From: Chrysomallon squamiferum
Taxonomy: Eukaryota; Animalia; Mollusca
Length of the DNA: 64,000 nt
Reading direction: 5' to 3'
Assembly: GCA_012295275.1 (NCBI GenBank)
Contig: CM022674.1
Location: forward strand, 9,424,001-9,488,000
Part shown: positions 39,883-53,035 of the stretch, in pieces
Layout of the letters: each line of letters begins with the position of its first letter
Position numbering within the stretch: the stretch's first letter is position 1
Notes under the pieces: generated by a model
The model's input: only the letters and a program-made list of their open reading frames with translations
Told to the model about the DNA's origin: nothing
Databases searched by the model: none
Position numbers and translations under genes: made by a program

Positions 39883-40925
39883 ATGAAGTGTGGCTGGAAT
39901 AACACAAATCAACTGCAGAGTTTCTATATATGTTACTGGAATGCACATGGATATATATCTTTGGTAATATGTGCTTTTGGAAGTGTAACCAACATTATTA
40001 ACATTTTGGTTCTCACAAAGAAGTCTATGCGTAACTCAATAAACAGCATCCTTACTGGACTAGCACTAGCCGATTTGCTTACTATGACAATGTATATTCC
40101 CATGGCAATTCACTTTTATCTTCTTAATGACATTACTCAGTCAGCCAATAAGAATTCTTACTCATGGATGACGTTTCTCATGTTCTATGCCACCTTTTCT
40201 ATAGCAACTCATACTGTGTCAATCTGGCTTGCTGTCATTATGGCGATCATGAGATATTTCTTCATCAGACCCACTGGTAGAGGATCCAAGACTGTTACAA
40301 CTCAGTCAACTATTTACATCATTGTAGTAACATATTTTTCGGCTGTGATTCTTACAATCCCAAATGCTCTTTCCACAGATATGCATGAGGTTACTGATGA
40401 AAATGAAACACTTTGGAGGTTTAATGCGCCAGCAATAGGTAGCAACCAGACCGACACAGTGGCTCTTCTCAACTTCTGGATTTATCCCGTTTTTTTGGTA
40501 AGATCATTCCTGTAATTCTTATCTCCATATTTGGTGGTCTCCTTCTGCAAACCCTGAGAGAAACAGATAAGCGAGGACAACGACTCAAGGGAGAAAATTC
40601 AACATCACATCGAAATAACAGGCGTACGACAATTATGTTGCTATCTGTAATATGCATGTATGTTGTTTCTGAAGTTCCTCAAAGCATTCTCATCATCTTA
40701 TGTGCTTGTGTGGATGGGTTTTTTCGAGGAATATACATCTGGCTGAGTGACATTATTGACACAGTATCACTGATAAATAGTGCTATAAACTTTATTATGT
40801 ACTGTACGATGAGTACACAGTTTCGTCAAGAGCTGATGGACACATGTTCTCAGTTTTGTCACAATGTAGAAAGAAAGTGTAAGAAAAAAAGTTCAGTTAA
40901 AACTGTCTCCATTACGCAAGTCTGA
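39883..40925 (+). CDS. Class A peptide GPCR, myosuppressin/DMSR-1/sex-peptide-receptor-like, ~347 aa, single coding exon, with a 1-nt frameshift at T7 40490-40496
   Basis: TM1 HGYISLVICAFGSVTNIINILVLT; TM2 LTGLALADLLTM; TM3 HTVSIWLAVIMAIMRY. After the -1 shift: GKIIPVILISIFGGLLL (TM5), RRTTIMLLSVICMYVVSEVPQ (TM6), INSAINFIMYCTMSTQFR (TM7/H8). Acceptor TTTTGTTTTAG at 39860 and AATAAA at 41162. Confidence 0.92.
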
Positions 40926-43666
40926 AATGAACTAATGTCTGTACTTTAAATTCACTCTGAATGATGTTTGTGTGTGGGTTTTTTCATGTGTACACAAACA
41001 CATACGGATAAGAAACTGATTTTAAAAAACTGTACTGTGGATGAGACCACAAATTGAGTGTAGATAAAACAGGTTGTCAGAATCCGCTTTAAACAAAGAC
41101 AAAATTTCATTTTGTTAAACTCGTATTTATTTCTATTCTTACAAATGCTATAATGTTTGTTAATAAAATTGTTTTTGTTACTTAACGACATATTTTATTA
41201 TTAATAATTATTTCATTCTGTTTTGTATGAAAATCACATAATACAGCCTAAACTAGAATTGATTTTTATATATATGAAATCAAATATCACTGGTCGTTCA
41301 TCTATTATTATAAATAAAATTATTATTATTAATATATTGTTTCACATGAAAGAAAAATGTTTTCACAAGTTAGGAACTGTTCAACAAATGATAACAATGA
41401 TATCAAATTCTTTGTTCGGAAAAGTTTAATTAATTAGTTTTATTATTTTGTGATTTGTCAATATAATCTCTGTATAAACTAGCTTATATGTAGATTTTCC
41501 CAAGTGTGAATTCAATGTTACTCATTAATATATTAGTAACAAACCAATCAAAAACAAAAACATAGGTAACGGATTTAAATAATTTTAAAAATAATTAATA
41601 TGGCAGTTATCTATTACATTCAAAATTTGAAAACCATTCCATTCCATATTATTATGCTGCACATTTTATTTATTTAAATCTGACTTTTATGTCTACATTT
41701 AGCATTTATGAGATGAACAATGACAAAACACCATTTTATTTTACCCTAACAGTCTAAATTCCAGATGACAGTATTGGCTAAACAACAGAAGAATAATAAG
41801 TCAAATGCAGATAACAATGATAAAAAAAGAAAGAAGAATGTATATTATAACTGGTTACTGTCAGTTTTATTCTGCAAAGGTAAGAAAGACCCAATTCAAC
41901 GAGTCTGCTATTGCATTTGCAATAACCCTAAATTGTTTTACCTTAGAAAGGGACCTCTGCTACATACCACGCCTTAGTACACTCTTGTCATTACCTCGTC
42001 CTCTTGATGTACTGAAAATAATAAAGGTCAGAAATATTATTATTGCATGACAAATTGTCACAATTTTATGGATTTGATCAACAAATTTATGGAGAGTTAC
42101 TTTGCACAAAATGCCAAAAGTAAACTTTGCTAGAAGGACCTGGATTATAGCTATAAGCCAGAAATACTGAAACCAACAAGTCTTATGCGAATGTGTAGCA
42201 ATGCCAACTCAGTTTTTTTTTTTTTTTTTATTATTGTTATTACTTTTGTTGTTTTTTTTTTTTTTTTTAAATTGTCTAATAAAGATGTATTTTATACCAA
42301 TCCCAGAGGTAAAAAATAAAAAATAAAAAATAATTAAGCTATCTATACAGTGTAAAAGATATGGCATTTCAAAGTGTTCAACAATTCATGATCCATGTAT
42401 CGGTGTATTTTGACGTTTTTTTTTTATTTTTATTTTTTTATTGTTTTTTTTTTTCCAAATCAACCTTATGTCACCAAATATTTATTTCAAGGGGTATCTT
42501 TATCAAATTTGCATTATCTATTCAATAAAGTGTTCTTTTCATGACGACCTTAACAGAATTTGACTTACTGAGTTAAACATTATGTTTTAGGCCTGTTTAA
42601 ATAGATGAGCATGAGATCATTTATGAATAAGAGTTGTCGTTCGTAATTTTTCTATTATTTTGATGTTTACTTCCACAGACACCCATATAGAGTTGTCGTT
42701 CCTGAGGGTTATTTTTCACTAATCTGGCACTAATCTAATGTATTCAAGAATGTGGTATGTTATCTGTACTATTTTATTTGTAATACAATAAGTTTCTTAT
42801 TTTTTTCAGTCATGCCAAACCAGCCGGTAATGAATCAAGGTTGGATGAAGATGCCTCCACTCACAGGTGTCTTTGTGGTCTGTACAGTAATGTGTGGCGT
42901 TAGTGTTGGTACTTTAAGGTCGGACATTTTTACTGAGGATATATAAACACTGAAATGCAGTTTTAGACTGGCTTATCAAGTTGGATAGAATTTTTTGTTC
43001 GTTTTGAAACCATGCTGGAAACATTTATGCAACACCATATATAGCAAGTCAGAAATATGTGAAAAAGGGCGTAAAAGTAAAGTGACAAATGTTAATTTTG
43101 AAGGACACTTCTACCACTTATGTTAACTAGAAACAATTACACTGTATAAAGATATCTATAAAGATCCTTTATACATGTTTAAGACGTTAATAATAATTGA
43201 CTCATACGCCTTTTTTATATACTCAAGAACCTTCTGTAATTATTATTTGTATTTTGGTAATATTGAAGACATAAATATAATTTTACTAAGACATTTATAT
43301 TTAAAGAAAAGAATAATAGTTATCATAAAGATACAACTACCAGTGTATGTAAATTAACAAATTACACGTAAATATAAAACATTTGCAATATTGTAAGTAG
43401 TGATGTCAATAACATTTATCCCACACAACTGTGTCTTCACCTGAACAGAAAATACTCTGTCTGTCAGTCATGTTTATTTTTAAATACTTTTCCATATGTA
43501 CATAATACAGATTATGTTAATTATTATAAATTGGAACCACTGTTACTTAAAGTTACGCTAAGACATTTAATAAATAAAGTCCACGAGTAAAACTAGGCAG
43601 TAAATGTTTGGAATATCATTATTGCCTCATCTTTAATATATCTCTTAATCTTTTTTTAGTAATATG

Positions 43667-44047
43667 TGTAACATATTAAAATGAAAGTGTGATGGAAGAA
43701 ATGTTTTTATCTTCCATGTCTAAAAAATCACTTGTGTCATGATTGATTCGGTCTGCCGAATCCACAGAACACTGTGAATTCCCCTGGGTGGGGTGTGTGA
43801 ATGGCCAGAGGCCTGACATGACAAGTGGGGTTGCCTCCAGAGCAATAGGCGTTACGGGTTTTTGTTTTGCAGAATGATCTGGCGACAGACGTCTTATCGA
43901 TAAGGTTCGAACCACATTGACAAATAACAGGAGTCCGTTTTCTTTTTTAATAAAAGGACGGAGTTCTTTTGTTTAGGGGATAACTGTGGAAGGATTCCAG
44001 GGGAATGGTCGCTCTATATGAGTTGAGTCTGGACCTGGGTGACTACA
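43667..44047. mobile_element. Possible solo LTR
   Basis: TGTAA...CTACA ends, GC-richer than the flanks, internal AATAAA (~43949). No clear TSD. Confidence 0.25.
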
Positions 44048-44299
44048 TATATATATATATATATATATTTGCCGTTTCCACTTGTATAACCCTTATGTAA
44101 TTGGTGTGACAAATTACTATTGTTTCAGTACTAAAGTGAATATTCAGCACTAGCGCTAATACAGTTTTAAAGGTGTCCTCCCTGAAGACACAGTTGAGCG
44201 TTTACCTTGAATAATACATGTAATAAATAATGGAATAGTTTGATACAAGTAAATACAGAACACAGAACAAAATAATATAAAATCAGATTTATTTATAGA

Positions 44300-45280
44300 T
44301 TTTAACATGTCCATTTGACGCAGATTTATCCTAATTTTAAAAGATGTCCAGCGGCATTCAAAAATTGAATGGGTGTTTTCTGGCCAAGAGGTAGCTGTGC
44401 CTTCAGTCTCACGAGTCTGTTTTCCGTCTGTTTATAAACTTTCTTTCTTGGTGGTGGGGCAGATCCAAAGTTTATTTGTCTTAATTTAGGATGTTCTGAT
44501 GTTTCTATTCCTTTTATCAATTCTACAAATCTATATATATTTTAATGGTGAAGTTGAACTGACTGGTTCATTCTGGAATGAAAACCCTCCAGATTAATGC
44601 TTGTTCTAGGGCTAATGATCAGATGATGGTTCCACAAAATCAAAGGAAATCTGGCGTCATTGTCTACCCTGTAGAAATCACATAATCATGTAATTTCTCC
44701 ACCTGTGCAACATCAGGTCTATTATCCATGGTTTCAAATCATGCATCCTGCTTTGATTTGCTCATCTGTAGAAAACACAAGCATGTTGTCTTCATTTCCT
44801 TTTCTAAATAGCATCTTCAGTCATTTGACTTTGTCCATGATTCTTCTATATTGACATCGGCTCTAGTCTATGGTAGGGCAGGTATCAGAACTCGTCTCTG
44901 TCTGTACAGTGCACTGCTCATACTGGGAAAAGAAGGCAAACGATGAACAGTTTCTGTTGGTTGCTTTGCAACCTCATCATTGTATTTGCTGGTGTTGTTT
45001 CTTCTCTTGCTATCTTCCATACAATGCTGATAAACCAAGCAACCGAGAAGATGGTTGCGTTCTGATATGTTCCGAATAAAATTGCCAACAGTGGTGCATT
45101 CATGATACATGTTTTTGTCATGCATCTCCAGTGAACACTTTCTCCTCTGGTGTGATTCTTTGCAAATAGAAATCCATCTAATATTATTTTGTGGTCTACC
45201 TTTTTGTGACTGAACAAATTCTACGCTTCTAAGATCAGCCATATCTACAAAACTTGATTCTGTTTTTGGTAGGTACATGT
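44300..45280 (-). mobile_element. Decayed Mutator-like (MULE, Phantom-type) transposase with N-terminal FLYWCH zinc finger, internally deleted
   Basis: VEFVQSQKGRP / IILDGFLFAKNHTRGESVHWRCMTKTC (FLYWCH); LPSFPSMSSALYRQRR..PALP; C-terminal LWNH..PRTSINLEGFHSRMN..NIYRFVELIK..PPPRKKVY (the RTNNxxEGWH motif). Several frameshifts and stops. Confidence 0.85.
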
Positions 45281-45832
45281 AGTTAAGAACTTTATATGTT
45301 ATGTCTGTGATTAGCTATGGTTTAAATGTTGATTAATGAAATACAAGACACTGGTTGTCAGAGACATAATAATCACTGATACATAAACAATGTCTATCTG
45401 AAATGAAATGAACTGAATACAGATGTTGTACTGGAGAAGCCCATGAGCTAAACTCTAAAACATCAACGTCATAAAATACAGTATCTTTACATTTGTTAAT
45501 TCCGTTTAGCAGATTACAATTAAGTTCTCCTAGTTGCTTGTGATGAACTGGTAGATATAACAGCAACATCAAGCAGTAGCTTGCTGAACAGACTGGAGCA
45601 GTACCACTAAAGCAGTCAAAAAAGAGTTTGTCTCTCAAATGGCATGTCTGCATTATGGGATGTCTGTCTTTTGGGTGGGAGCCGTTTTAAAAGTGTTTTT
45701 GTTTGTTGTTTCTAGCTACTGTATATATGTTACAGTCAATAAGTAAAACTTGTCATTTGGCCTAATGCCTGAAATGTTTAGGCATTTAGCCTAATGCCAA
45801 AGACCGTCAAGAGTTTGGCCTAAGGACTATAA

Positions 45833-48202
45833 TTTCCAGGAATTAGTCATATGACTGGATTTTGGTTGGTGTTGTTTGACATTCTGCCTGATAGCAGTTC
45901 AGGCAAACAGTCAAATGGATTTAATGCTTTGCTTACATCTGTCCATTGTAGGGATTAGTGGTTCAATTCAATTTATTTTATTATTGTAAGCTTTACAGAC
46001 TTCTTATTTTCAATCTCATCTTCAGTCTCACAACTTTCACATAACATACTGTGACGGAACCTCTTTGCCAGACTGTTTTTAATTGTAATTTTGTTTTCTT
46101 TGTAGTGAATTATAGAAAATTCACAAAATCTTTATTTTTATATGTCCATGTAAAGCAGAATATCTGCTATCTTTATCTTAAATACCTTATTATATTATGG
46201 TAATATTTATTTAGCTATCTAGTATAATCTTGTTTATAATTTATATAACTGTTTACCTAATTAATGACAGAAAATGGGGGTATATACACAAAAACTAAAT
46301 AGCAGAGCGTATGCAGACATACAGGGCTCTTTAGAAGCTGTATTATTTAATTAATGGAAATTCCGTTATTTAATAAACTAAGAAACACTGGGGGTTAACT
46401 AACTCAAAATTGGCATTAAAAGCTACAAAGTAAATTCAGAAAGGCTATCTGCAGAGTTGTAGAACACCTGAGCGATGGGTATGTAAGTAGCGGCACACCT
46501 TTTGAACGAGATTTCTTTGATCAGTGCCCTTCTTGAGAGACTTTGTCTGTGGGCCGTATGCACAAGACATAGGAGAAAACACAGACGATGGTAAATATGC
46601 TTTAAAGTTTTGTATATTGAATGATTTAAGATTTAGCTATCTATTACTGTTCAATTTTTATGATGTTATTCATGTTTATAATTTATATAACTGGTACGTA
46701 CTTACATTTATAATACACAGTTAACATATTTTAATAATTATAAAGAGTATTTAGAAAGATCAAGTAACCAACTGGTCTGAATTAGTTTTGTATTATTTGT
46801 CAACGCTGTTTGCTTTGATAACATATCGTCAAATCATATGATTTAACTATGTAACTAAAACAATTATCTATACTGAATTTGTTTCTGTGTTATTGTTCTG
46901 TAGTGGATACAGAAGTCATTTACTGCTTTAGTACTGTAAGCTGTCTCAGATAATTAACATCTTGTCACGTGACGCTATTATAGTCTGCTTCCCTTTAGAC
47001 GGGACGGGCCAAATTTTAGATAGTAATACCACTCAGACTAGTCACCGTGACAAATATATATTCTTTCTGTTCTCTTGGTATTCCCAGTCTCATTTGCCAG
47101 ATGGTATGCTGATAGCCTTACTTTTGTTAAGTATCTGTTAACTGTTACACCATCTGTAATGTATTTATATAAATTGTCACAGTTCACAGATGTATTTAGC
47201 TGAATTGAAAGATTCTGCCATGATTGTCATATATTCTTCGCTTCAATATGCACAAATATTACATATTTTTTTGCTTTCATTAATCTGGTCCTGCTCTAGC
47301 TGTATGTACACCAGTCCCAATTCATATAAAGTTTTTCTAATAAAAGTCACCCAATTATTTTTCTATAATATAAAATACAATTTTTTTTGTGCTAATTAAT
47401 TTCAACCAACATTGAATAATTTGATAAGTATGCTTTTTGAAAACCCCATATCTCACTACCATAAAACAGCACACTAGTTACATATGTATCAAACAGTGAC
47501 AATAGAGAAATGCAATTTAAAGACATATTATTTAGTCTGTTGCCTTATTGTTGTGTTATTCTTACATCAAAGACCAATGATTTTAATAACAGTCATATGG
47601 GTTTAATGCTTTGCTTACCTCTGATCATTGTAGGGATTAGTGGCAGTGTCATTTTTACATCAAAGTGTTAATAGGTTTAAAATATGGTAGTGACTGATCA
47701 TTTATGTGTCTGCTATATAGGTTCCTGTAGAAGCTCGATTTCGGAGAAAACTTTTTAAGAAGAATAAAGTGTGCAAGAGAGCGTACCTTCCAAAGGAAGA
47801 TTACTTCTTGATTATGGACCAGCTAAAGAAAATATCTGATGATACTGAAGAAAACACACCATGAGTACTACCTCATTCCAGGAACCAGTTTGATGTGTGT
47901 CCCAAGAGACTGATATTGTTGGATGATATGAACAAAGAATGCACATTGTCTCCTAGAGCAGCAGTGTCAAAGGAGTCATCCGCAGGAGGATGATGGTTCG
48001 TGAAATGCAACTGTAGGGGAACAACAAGCTGTCAAACAAAATGTAAATGTTTCAAGAACGATCATTTGAACTGCTGTAATACACTACTTGATGTGTTTTG
48101 AAATAAATGTTTTCATGCAATTGCAAGTCATTCTTTTTCATTCAGTCATTTTTGCCTAATGACTAGAGCTCTATTTCAGTCATTTGGCCTAATTCCTGGA
48201 AA
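45833..48202 (+). mobile_element. TIR-bounded decayed DNA transposon carrying a KRBA2/SCAND3-like (Ginger2-type) C-terminal fragment
   Basis: TTTCCAGGAATTAGTCATATGACTG (45833-45857) is inverted relative to CAGTCATTTGGCCTAATTCCTGGAAA (48177-48202). Positions ~47875-48080 translate HSRNQFDVCPKRLILLDDMNKECTLSPRAAVSKESSAGG*WFVKCNCRGTTSCQTKCKCFKND, similar to the Cys-rich tail of invertebrate KRAB-A2-like integrases. No TSD found. Confidence 0.65.
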
Positions 48203-48799
48203 CTTTACCTACATGCATAGATACTATGTCGGATACCCTAGAGCCAAGCTAACTTGGGAAGTAACTATATATATTTATAGCCAAGTGGAATTCCCGTGAC
48301 AGAAAGCAGTAAGCCTAAATTAATAACTGATCTCAGCTGATCTGTAGCACATAATAAGGGAAACCACTATTATTAATCAAATATAAAAATGCTTACCTTC
48401 ACTAACAATTATTTAAGGTTCTGTAATGTTAAGGGCCAGAGTGCATAGTCTTGCTATCTGAGAATGTTCCTTCCTAAAGTTTAGGCGGCAATTGTCGTAT
48501 TTTAAAAACATTAACTACTGACCTTTATAGAATAGGAAACACTGGTTATTATTTCTCTATTGTACGTAGTAAACTGGACTATGCTGAGGTACTATTATAT
48601 TTTTGAAAAATGTAATAAAGTAGAACTGTCAAATATTTCAACAAGAAATATCATGTTGATAAAAAATGTTTGTTTTAACAAGTTTTAAATTCATATTATA
48701 TTTTGCCTGGTAGTATCATATTTAGCTCATATTTAAATAGGTTTGATTACATACTGCAACAAGGTAGCCAGTTCAATCTATCGAAATATACATGTCACT

Positions 48800-49330
48800 A
48801 ATGTAACTAAACTTCATCCCATCACAAAATAATAAACAGTCCAGATTTCAGGCATTGTAAATCCAGAATGAAGTTAACTTATGGTCCAATCCACTAAACA
48901 GTTATCAGGAATTAATGTATCCAAAACAAAAGAACAAGTCAAATGAAGACTTAATATCTTTTATTTTATAAAGTTCAGAATTCATAGAATAATCAAATGT
49001 TAATTCTTCAATCCACTGAAAGAAATTCCAAGCTGGTTTATCGAAAGTCAAGAGTTCAGGAATTATTTAATACTGTTAATATATTTCAAAGTTAAAATTC
49101 ATTGATCCCAGAATGTTTCATCAGGCCTCTGCACAAAAATGAATGAACAACTTCTCATCAATCTTTGACGACACTCTGTTCTTCAACTTCTCTATATTAC
49201 CCACAACTATTTTCTGTTTGATGAAACTCAATTCGATGAAAAATTATATATAAATCTATTTGTCGTCACTATAAAAAAACTTTCCATTCAACGATTTCTC
49301 ATCAGACTTTATAATGACTTTCTGTTAGAT
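48800..49330 (+). mobile_element. Possible highly degenerate LINE 3' end (CR1/L2-like)
   Basis: Fragment THNYFLFDETQFDEKLYINLFVVTIKKLSIQRF resembles LINE ORF2 termini (LLxG..FIxxTxRF). Weak. Confidence 0.3.
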
Positions 49331-52300
49331 GAGATAAAACAGAAATGTTCACAGCATTGTGAGGTGTGTTCTCCTCCCATAAACATTAAGTACATTTCTT
49401 TTTGTCAAAAATTACCTGACATGACAATTTGTTTACTAAAAAGAACTACACAGCTGGACTCTGCTGCACCTTGAAAAAAATCAAATTGATAAACAAATTA
49501 GTGCTCATGAATATACAATCTTGTTTTCAAAGATTTACCAGTTAGTATCTACAGTAATAGAGAATGAAAACAAGATGTTTTGGCACTAATTAAATATAGG
49601 TTCATACCAATACATAGGTTTTAAAATTCCTGAACCTAATATTCAGTTAACAAATCATTTTCATATACATTAAGGGCTATCATATATATAATTATAGCAG
49701 AAAGGGCAGTTTTTGCATAAATCATTCTTTTCAAAAATGCCATTTCAACATGTCATGTATTATGTGATAAAAAAAATGGTATTCTTCAAACTTGTTTATT
49801 TGCCTTGGCTCCACTTAATAGAATAATAATAAAATTTAACTGATGTAAAACTTTTTATTTTTAAATTGATATGTTGTCGAAAGAGGGTTTTATTTTTGTT
49901 TTTGTTTTTTTTCTTTGTATAATAATAGAAGAAATAAAATTCCGTTTAAAGGTTGAAAATGATGAAATGAAGACAAGAAATCAAGTTCACAATGATATTT
50001 ATTCAACAAGCTGTTGTTTGACTAGAATTATAAATACATTTTCTCAGCGGTTAGTAAAATATAAAACAGGTGTGGTAAATCAGTGGCAAACAATACTTTA
50101 GGTATGAGGTGTTTCAAAACATGATAATGTAGAAATTGAGAGAGCAAGCATAAAAGTTACTTGTCTTTATTCACATATATGCTGCATACGCAATTGCAAT
50201 ATTGTTATCTGTGTCTTGAATTTAAGAGTGAATGCAGGCACATCAACGTAATTTTACCTGTTAATTTATTTTAGGGGGTGGGGCTTGTACAAATAGTAAA
50301 CTCTCCATAATCCAACACTGACAGATCACAGAAGCCATGTTTATAGTTTGGCACACGTCATATCACAACATGCAGTGACTGATAAAACTGCCTATCTCCT
50401 TTATGATCTTTATTAATTAAACAAGTGAAAGGACCAACTGCATGCTGTCCGACTGTATTCAGCGAAGTGGAACTATTTCTGTAGAAACTAATATTACTTT
50501 GTTTAGGGTGAATAAAAATAGTCTCAGACGAAGTTGAGACATTACTAATTCTCAGTTATATTCTATTCCGGTACGTATAATTTATATTTATTTATTTTTA
50601 CAGCTTTAATTTCACATTTCCACATGTGATATAAATTGTTTTCTCAAAGTGGTATTGTCACAATTCCAACACATATTTAAACCAAAAATTTTAAATATCC
50701 AAACAATTATATATTTTATTTTGTTTTGTTTTGTCTTCCTGACAGTTTTGGAGATAAATAAGGTGCATTTTCTGAAGTCTTTGAAAAAAAAAAGTTCACT
50801 GATGTTCTTTATATATGTGTGTGTGTGTGTGTGCACAGATAGATATGAACATGTAATTACATGAACACTGCATTCTAGTTGGTAGAATTCCACTTTGGAC
50901 AGCAGGCAGTATTGTTTTTACTGCACTTTTTTCTTATGTCTAACATTGTACAAAATGATATATGAGAAGTTAAATGAAAGGTCTAAAATAATTGTGTCAA
51001 CATTTCACCCCTTCTCTACTGGAGTTAACGTCAGATAAAATTATATACCTGTATTAGTACTATTATTTGCATTTCAAAGTTAACAAATCTTTTGACACTG
51101 GTTTTATTCATTATTATGCAGTCATTACAAAAAACAAAACAAAATATATTTTTTTCCAATTACCTATTTTTATTCCATTATTAATACATGTGTATATTTT
51201 TAAGTCTATAAAGATCAAATTAATATTTAGTAATTTAAAAGGTTAGTGGCCCAATGTTTCGTCCTTTGAGCAATGTTGAATCCAAGCAGATTCTACAATG
51301 TTCAGTTTCATTTTGCAAAAAACCTGTTTACTTATTTGTATCCAACTGGTAATTAATGTGCCTTTTGTTGCCGCAAGATGTCTTCTCTTTGTTTGTGCGT
51401 GCGTGCGTGCATACATGTGTATGTATGTGTGTGTGTGTATTATTATAAAATATTTCATTTTAATTGATGTCACTCTCTCCAAGTTGTTCAAAACTGTAGC
51501 ATACATCTCTCGTATATTGATATTCACTTTGAAGTTTACAATGTTTCCCAAGACCAAGTTGTTTTAAATTACTTTTATGATAACACCTTTAACATTCAGT
51601 GACACATGTAACATTTTCTCACTGTATGAACACATGCTTCAATAGATTTAAATACATACTTACAACTGAATATTCAAACATGTTATTGGTAAACATAAAA
51701 ACATTTTTAATTTATTAATAATGTATTGTTTTATAAAAAATTTCTTCTTATTGAATTATTGTTAAAATTTGATAATAATAGTTGCTCTATTAATATATTT
51801 GAAAATACTGAGAGTATTCTGAGTATTGTTATTATTATTATTATTATTACTTTAAATATTGTATTTTCAGCAAGAAGAAATAAAGATGAAAACTAAGTGC
51901 AGTTGCTATTCTTTTAGCATGAGTGTGTATAATTCAGCTCATTTTGCAGTCTAATTGTACTCAAACAAGCAGAAAGTTTTAAAACTGAACAAAAGTTCTA
52001 AGACATTAGTGACTGGAGGCAACATTTGTTCCACAATTTATGAACAATATTTTTAGCCCCTTCTTTTAAACAATTTGAACACATAAAGATGCTGTTGTTT
52101 AGTATTGCTTATTTATTTATTTTGTTTAACTAAATGTAATATTTAATGCAGGAGAGGGAAAAGTTTAGAAATAAAAAAGTCGCAAACAGTATTGAACAAC
52201 TTAGTAAGGATCTAGCATATTGATCATTTTGTTTTTAACAGTAAAATGTCTTCATTGGTGCTTAATGTTTCTGATATTATAAAAAAAATTCTGAGAGGAT

Positions 52301-53035
52301 GAATTACTACATATACCTAACATCAGGACTTAGAAAATAACAAGGTATGCTGAGTTACTTGCTCCTTTATTGTAATCATTTGGTTTAAAAAAAATTAAGA
52401 AACAAAATTATTTATCAAGAAATCTGAAAAGAAATCCATACTGCTGAACCATTATATTGCCTACATTCTTGTCATTCACCTTTTTTTATATAATGATAGA
52501 GGTTTATTTTCCAGTCTTTGATATCCAGGAATAAATAAAATACTGCATTTTGTTTTGCAACACAACATGAAAGAAAGGGAGGTAGGAGTATTTACTTTGT
52601 GATGTTACTGAAGCACATACAGTTTCTGATGGGGTACTCTTAATGTTTCAAAATAATAAAACTGTTTCCAATTTATATAGACATGATTGGATGATGGTGG
52701 TTTGTTGGTAATTGTATTTGCATTAGAGGATGTCACCCAGTGAATTCGCAGCCTGTCTGATATCACTATAAAAAAATTCTTATCAGTGCTGGTATTATGA
52801 ACAGAAATAAAAAATAAAAAATTACTGTTTATACAACATATGGTTTGTGATTTGATCTTTGATTATGAATGGGTTAAAGATAATTCTATTAAAATTTTGA
52901 GCATTTGTTTTTATCACCAAAAGATGCTTTATTTTATATTTTTTCTATCTTAAAACTTTATTAAATATATATTTTATTCATACTGATGAAAAAAAATTAG
53001 AAATTTTAATACTGATGTTAATTATTTTCAGACTA

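Noticed and set aside
40498-40503. Intron (GTAAGA donor) explaining the GPCR frameshift
   Set aside because: The sequence immediately downstream encodes the needed rest of TM5, and no nearby acceptor restores the frame without deleting it.
46050-47181. Solo LTR bounded by TGTGAC...GTCACA
   Set aside because: No target-site duplication and no second LTR or internal domains.
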